Assembly (NCBI GenBank): GCA_035193785.1
Contig: CP136572.1
Coordinates: 1,568,001 to 1,632,000 of the forward strand
Source of the DNA: Planktothrix sp. GU0601_MAG3
Lineage (GTDB): Bacteria > Cyanobacteriota > Cyanobacteriia > Cyanobacteriales > Microcoleaceae
DNA: 64,000 nt
Direction of reading: 5' to 3'
The translations under genes were made by a program, and so were the position numbers. Below, in pieces: positions 59,856 through 64,000 of the stretch (position 1 is the first letter of the stretch; each line of letters opens with the position of its first letter). The notes below the pieces were generated by a model. The model was not told the origin of the DNA. It saw nothing but the letters and a program-made list of their open reading frames with translations, and searched no databases.

Positions 59856-61206
59856 TTAGCCAATGGTTAAAATATAGGCTTCATGCAGTTGGAGATTAGG
59901 AATAGTTAACCGTACTAACTGTTGATTATTTACGGTAATATTCTCCTGTCGAACTGTGACTAATTCCTTGATCACTTGTTCTCCAGAATCGGGAATTTTT
60001 TGGACTTTGATAGTTGAATTTCCACTGGAATTCGGTAAATTTTTCAGAATTAATGTGACTCCGGCCGTCGGTGCAGAAAATGCTTGTTCAAAATAACCGA
60101 ATAAAATTTGAGCCTTTCCTTCCCGATTGGAACGACTGGCTAAAGCAACAATTTTAGGGTTAGTAGACTGACTCGCAACCCGGGAATTAAACCCATCGGT
60201 ATAGGTTTTATAAACCCACCAGACGGCTCTGGGTAAGGACTGATCGGGGGTAACTAAACCATCTAAACTATTATTAAAGCAATTATTAGTGCCACTGGCT
60301 TTATCAATTGGCTCCCAACAGGCTTTAGCCGCACCATCGGGCCGTCCTAATTCGGTGTAATACAAAAAGCCTAAATTTTCCGCCGGGCGATATTGAGCCG
60401 TAGGGCCGATAATTTCATTGACATAAATTTTCTGAATTTTTAAACTTTGGTAGTTGGGATTTTGTTGGAAACTTCGACGGGCATTATTTATGCGAGCCGT
60501 AATCGAGGTAATATCTTGATCATTGAGTTCATGCCAAGATAAAAAATTAACTTCTAAATTATTGGCTTTACAATAATTTAAAAATGCGGTTAAAAAGTTT
60601 TGGTCATATTTGGCAATACTCGGGCCACCAATGATCACATTTGGGCCTAATTCCTGACGTAATACTTGATAGGCGCGTTTATAGGTTTCAAAAAACTGTT
60701 CTCGGGTTCCCTTCCAAAAGGGATCTCTTAGGTCAGGTTCGTTCCAAACATCCCATAATATGACTTTATCTTTGTGTTGTCGGGCAAGTTGTCGGACGTG
60801 TTCTTCCCATTTAGCATAATTATCATAGGGCCATCCCCTGGGGGAACCATAGCCCCAAGTATCACTTAAAATTAATTGAAATTGGGCACCGAGTCCGATA
60901 ACTCGCGGATACAATTCCAGTTGGGAGGTACGCCACAGTTTGGGTTTCTAGGGGCTTAATGATCGTGTCGGGCGGTTGGGTGGCATTTTTACCATATAAA
61001 AATCCACTGACCGAACTTATTCCAGTTCTTTGAGCGGCAAAATCAATCGTAATATCGTTTTGTTGTTGTCCCAAAACCTGAAATTGTCCCAGCCCTAAAA
61101 TACTTAATAAGGTGAGCAAACCGACGAAAACGGGGATAAGTTTTTTCAGTTTGAATTGAGATTCTTGGAATTTTAGATGCGCCGAATTGAACAGATTTAA
61201 TGTCAT
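59856..61206 (-). CDS. Secreted GH39-like glycoside hydrolase (apparent frameshift at 60944-60948)
   Basis: Signal peptide; WDVWNEPD, IGGPS, LSWHE and VNE motifs. Confidence 0.78.
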
Positions 61207-61235
61207 AATATTATAATAAACTTGTTAACGATAAT

Positions 61236-61323
61236 GTACGGGCGGGTTCACCCAGATTCAGGTAGGGGCGGGTTCACCCAGATTTAAGTAATTAGCAAAT
61301 ATCTAACAGAACCCGCCCCTACA
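61236..61323. repeat. GTAG-type REP element with a duplicated left arm, downstream of clpX
   Basis: GGGCGGGTTCACCCAGATT twice, then AACCCGCCCCTAC. Confidence 0.85.
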
Positions 61324-61328
61324 AATGA

Positions 61329-62678
61329 TTATGCTGATTCGGGTTTGGGTAAGGAAGATGGATGTAATAATAATTCCGCCGTAGAGCGTTTTTCCACCAT
61401 TTCTCGCGTCACCCGACAGCGTTTGACATCCTTACGCGAGGGAATTTCATACATGACATCTAACATTAATTCCTCCACAATTCCCCGTAACGCTCGGGCT
61501 CCGGTTTTGCGACGATAGGCTTCTTGAGCGATCGCTTGAATCGCATCTTCATCAAATTCTAACTGCACATTATCCATCCGCAATAGTTTTTGATATTGTT
61601 TCACCAAAGCATTGCGAGGTTCGGTTAAAATGGCGACTAAGGTAGCTTCATCTAGGGGTTCTAAGACCGCTATCATCGGAATCCGACCAATCAATTCAGG
61701 AATTAGACCAAATTTGACCAAATCATCGGGTTCCATGTGTTTGAGGGTATCAACGGTGCGTTGATCTTTCGGTTGACCGTCTCCTTGTTGGACAAATCCC
61801 ATGGACTTTTTGCCCGTCCTCTGCTCCACCAATTTATCTAGGCCGACAAAGGCCCCACCACAGACAAATAGAATATTACTGGTATCAATTTGAATACAAT
61901 CCTGATAGGGATGCTTGCGTCCGCCCTGGGGTGGGACATTAGCAACGGTTCCCTCTAACATTTTTAATAAAGCCTGTTGTACCCCTTCCCCCGATACATC
62001 CCGGGTGATGGAGGGATTTTCACTTTTGCGGGCAATTTTATCAATTTCATCAATATAAACAATCCCCCGTTGGGCTTCTTCCACATCAAAATCGGCAACC
62101 TGCAACAACCGCAGTAGAATATTTTCCACATCTTCCCCCACATAGCCCGCTTCCGTCAGGGTCGTGGCATCAGCAACGGCAAAGGGAACCTCTAACATTT
62201 TAGCCAGGGTTTCCGCCAAAAGGGTTTTCCCGCATCCAGTCGGGCCAATTAACAGAATATTAGATTTTTGTAACTCAACATTACTATCTTCGGCGGGTCT
62301 TCCTGTGGTTTTTGTTTGGAGAAACCCTAAGCGTTTGTAATGGTTATAAACTGCGACCGAGAGCACCTTTTTCGCCTCATCTTGGCCAATAACGTGCAAG
62401 TCCAGATAGGATTTAATTTCTCTAGGTTTAGGAATTTGATTCAAACCCACTCGTCCAGTCCGTTGTCGCCGTTGGGGGGGTTGGGGAATTTGGGGACGAG
62501 GGGAAGTGGGGGGAGTTGTCACCGAACTACTATCGAATAACTCCTCATCTAAAATTTCATTACACAGTTCCACACATTCATCACAGATATAGACACCTGG
62601 GCCTGCAATCAATTTGCGAACTTGCTCCTGGGACTTACCACAGAAAGAACATTTTAGATGGGAGTCGTACTTGGACAT
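61329..62678 (-). CDS. clpX: ATP-dependent Clp protease ATP-binding subunit
   Basis: CSFCGK zinc finger, [13 protein letters not shown] and [14 protein letters not shown]. Confidence 0.98.
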   Translation of the reverse strand: MSKYDSHLKCSFCGKSQEQVRKLIAGPGVYICDECVELCNEILDEELFDSSSVTTPPTSPRPQIPQPPQRRQRTGRVGLNQIPKPREIKSYLDLHVIGQDEAKKVLSVAVYNHYKRLGFLQTKTTGRPAEDSNVELQKSNILLIGPTGCGKTLLAETLAKMLEVPFAVADATTLTEAGYVGEDVENILLRLLQVADFDVEEAQRGIVYIDEIDKIARKSENPSITRDVSGEGVQQALLKMLEGTVANVPPQGGRKHPYQDCIQIDTSNILFVCGGAFVGLDKLVEQRTGKKSMGFVQQGDGQPKDQRTVDTLKHMEPDDLVKFGLIPELIGRIPMIAVLEPLDEATLVAILTEPRNALVKQYQKLLRMDNVQLEFDEDAIQAIAQEAYRRKTGARALRGIVEELMLDVMYEIPSRKDVKRCRVTREMVEKRSTAELLLHPSSLPKPESA

Positions 62679-62690
62679 ATTTACCTCATC

Positions 62691-63402
62691 TTAAGTTACG
62701 GGAACGGACTCTCCGGGAATCGGAAGATTTTGGGTGCGGTCGATCACCTTATCTATTAGACCATATTCTTTGGCATCTTCCGCAGACATATAGAAGTCCC
62801 GTTCCGTATCTTCTTCTATCCGTTCAATCGGCTGACCTGTGTGTTCCGCCAATAACTCATTCAGTACCCGTTTATGGTAGAGGATTTCTTTGGCTTGGAT
62901 TTCAATATCAACGGCCTGTCCCTGGGCTCCGCCGAGGGGTTGGTGAATCATAATTCGGGAAACTGGGCAAAGACATTCGTTTTCCTGGGGTGCCAGCGGC
63001 CAATAAAAAGGCCCCCATACTGGCGGCGAGTCCATAACAGATGGTGACCACATCGGGGCGAATTTGCTGCATGGTGTCCAGAATCGCCATACCTGCGGTC
63101 ACAGAACCCCCCGGAGAGTTAATGTAGATTTGGATATCTTTTTCTGGGTCTTCGGCTTCTAGGAACAACAGTTGGGCGCTTAGGGCATTGGCCACATCAT
63201 CATCAATCGGAGTTCCCAGAAAAATAATCCGTTCCCTCAACAGACGGGAGTAGAGGTCAAAGGCCCGTTCCCCCATCCCCGACTGCTCAATCACAATCGG
63301 CACAATATTACTCGGAGACCAGGTTTCAATCCGGCTATCGCTTGTGACCTCAAAATGGGAATAGTTATCAATTCGGTACCCGGAAGACTGGGAAAATATC
63401 AT
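62691..63402 (-). CDS. clpP: ATP-dependent Clp protease proteolytic subunit (apparent frameshift at 62959-62963)
   Basis: [28 protein letters not shown] and RIMIHQP motifs. Confidence 0.96.
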
Positions 63403-63553
63403 AAACACCTCATCAAAGAACAGTGGAATCAGAACCGGGGAGGAAACTTGATGATGGGAGGTTTAAGACCCCAAAATCCTAACCCAGATCTGCCATTATA
63501 AAATAATTTGAGATCAACTGCCAATTGATGTGATCAAAAATACATTAGTCCCC

Positions 63554-63578
63554 ATTCGTAATTCGTAATTCGTAATTC
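63554..63578. repeat. Heptamer STRR, (ATTCGTA) 3 or more copies
   Basis: Direct reading of the sequence. Confidence 0.7.
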
Positions 63579-63692
63579 CCCTAGAGCTAACTTCAAAAAT
63601 TCTTCAAATTTGTTTGCTAGTTTGTGGGAATCCCAGGCAGAAGCCCGGGGCTTTGTTCCAAAATTTTGAGCCAACTCAAACAAAGTTAAGCT

Positions 63693-64000
63693 ATGATTTT
63701 CGAGAATTTGAACCCTTGGCAATTTCTGAACAATTTGTATCAACGGATGCAAATTATTAAGGATCGATCCCTTTCTAATGATCCCCCCTTGACCCTATGG
63801 GTAGCTCAGGAGGGAATCACGCCGATTCGAGAGGTACAGATGCAAGAAACCTCGAATCATATTGTTTTGAAAGTCTCCATTCCCAGCCTAAAACCGGAAA
63901 ATCTGGAGATTCGGGTCACCTCGGAAACCGTATTCTTATCTGGGGAAAAAATTGAACAGGTACAGGTACAGGGGTACTGTGATTTTACCTATTCCTCCCA
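63693..64000 (+). CDS. Hsp20/alpha-crystallin family protein, partial (runs off the window)
   Basis: Manual translation ...VQMQETSNHIVLKVSIPSLKPENLEIRVTSETVFLSGEK... Confidence 0.75.
   Translation, partial: MIFENLNPWQFLNNLYQRMQIIKDRSLSNDPPLTLWVAQEGITPIREVQMQETSNHIVLKVSIPSLKPENLEIRVTSETVFLSGEKIEQVQVQGYCDFTYSS

Noticed and set aside
42160..63402. Mass pseudogenisation or programmed frameshifting of dnaB, rplI, clpP and others
   Set aside because: The same one-base gain occurs in both orientations relative to the genes, and these genes show no other decay. A sequence-level artefact explains this better than translational recoding.

Overview
A 64-kb chromosomal segment from a filamentous cyanobacterium. 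The many HIP1 GCGATCGC sites, psbI, cruF/cruG, a CpcS-type lyase and the Oscillatoriales-type short repeats suggest a Planktothrix-like genome (inference). Most of it is housekeeping: murQ, rimM, cruF-cruG, the GNAT-ruvX-DUF3727-mltG-yqeG cluster, tRNA-Tyr and tRNA-Thr, glgC, a GH13 amylase, psbI, a GH38 mannosidase, hemC, an FKBP, intein-containing dnaB, rplI, vapBC, gloB, a glycosylation cluster and clpP-clpX. The most striking signal is in the frameshifts. Of about 24 reading-frame breaks, 22 are repaired by deleting one base from GAAAC or GTTTC to give GAAC/GTTC, including breaks in dnaB, rplI and clpP. This points to a motif-specific sequencing error at modified DNA, and GAAC/GTTC is the known Dnd phosphorothioation motif. 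The second candidate is an AT-rich islet next to hemC (38.4-40.5 kb). It encodes a tandem Phd/YefM-like protein, a RelE-like/winged-helix fusion and a PD-(D/E)xK nuclease, behind a consensus promoter overlapped by a palindrome. All family assignments come from motif recognition by eye, with no database searches.
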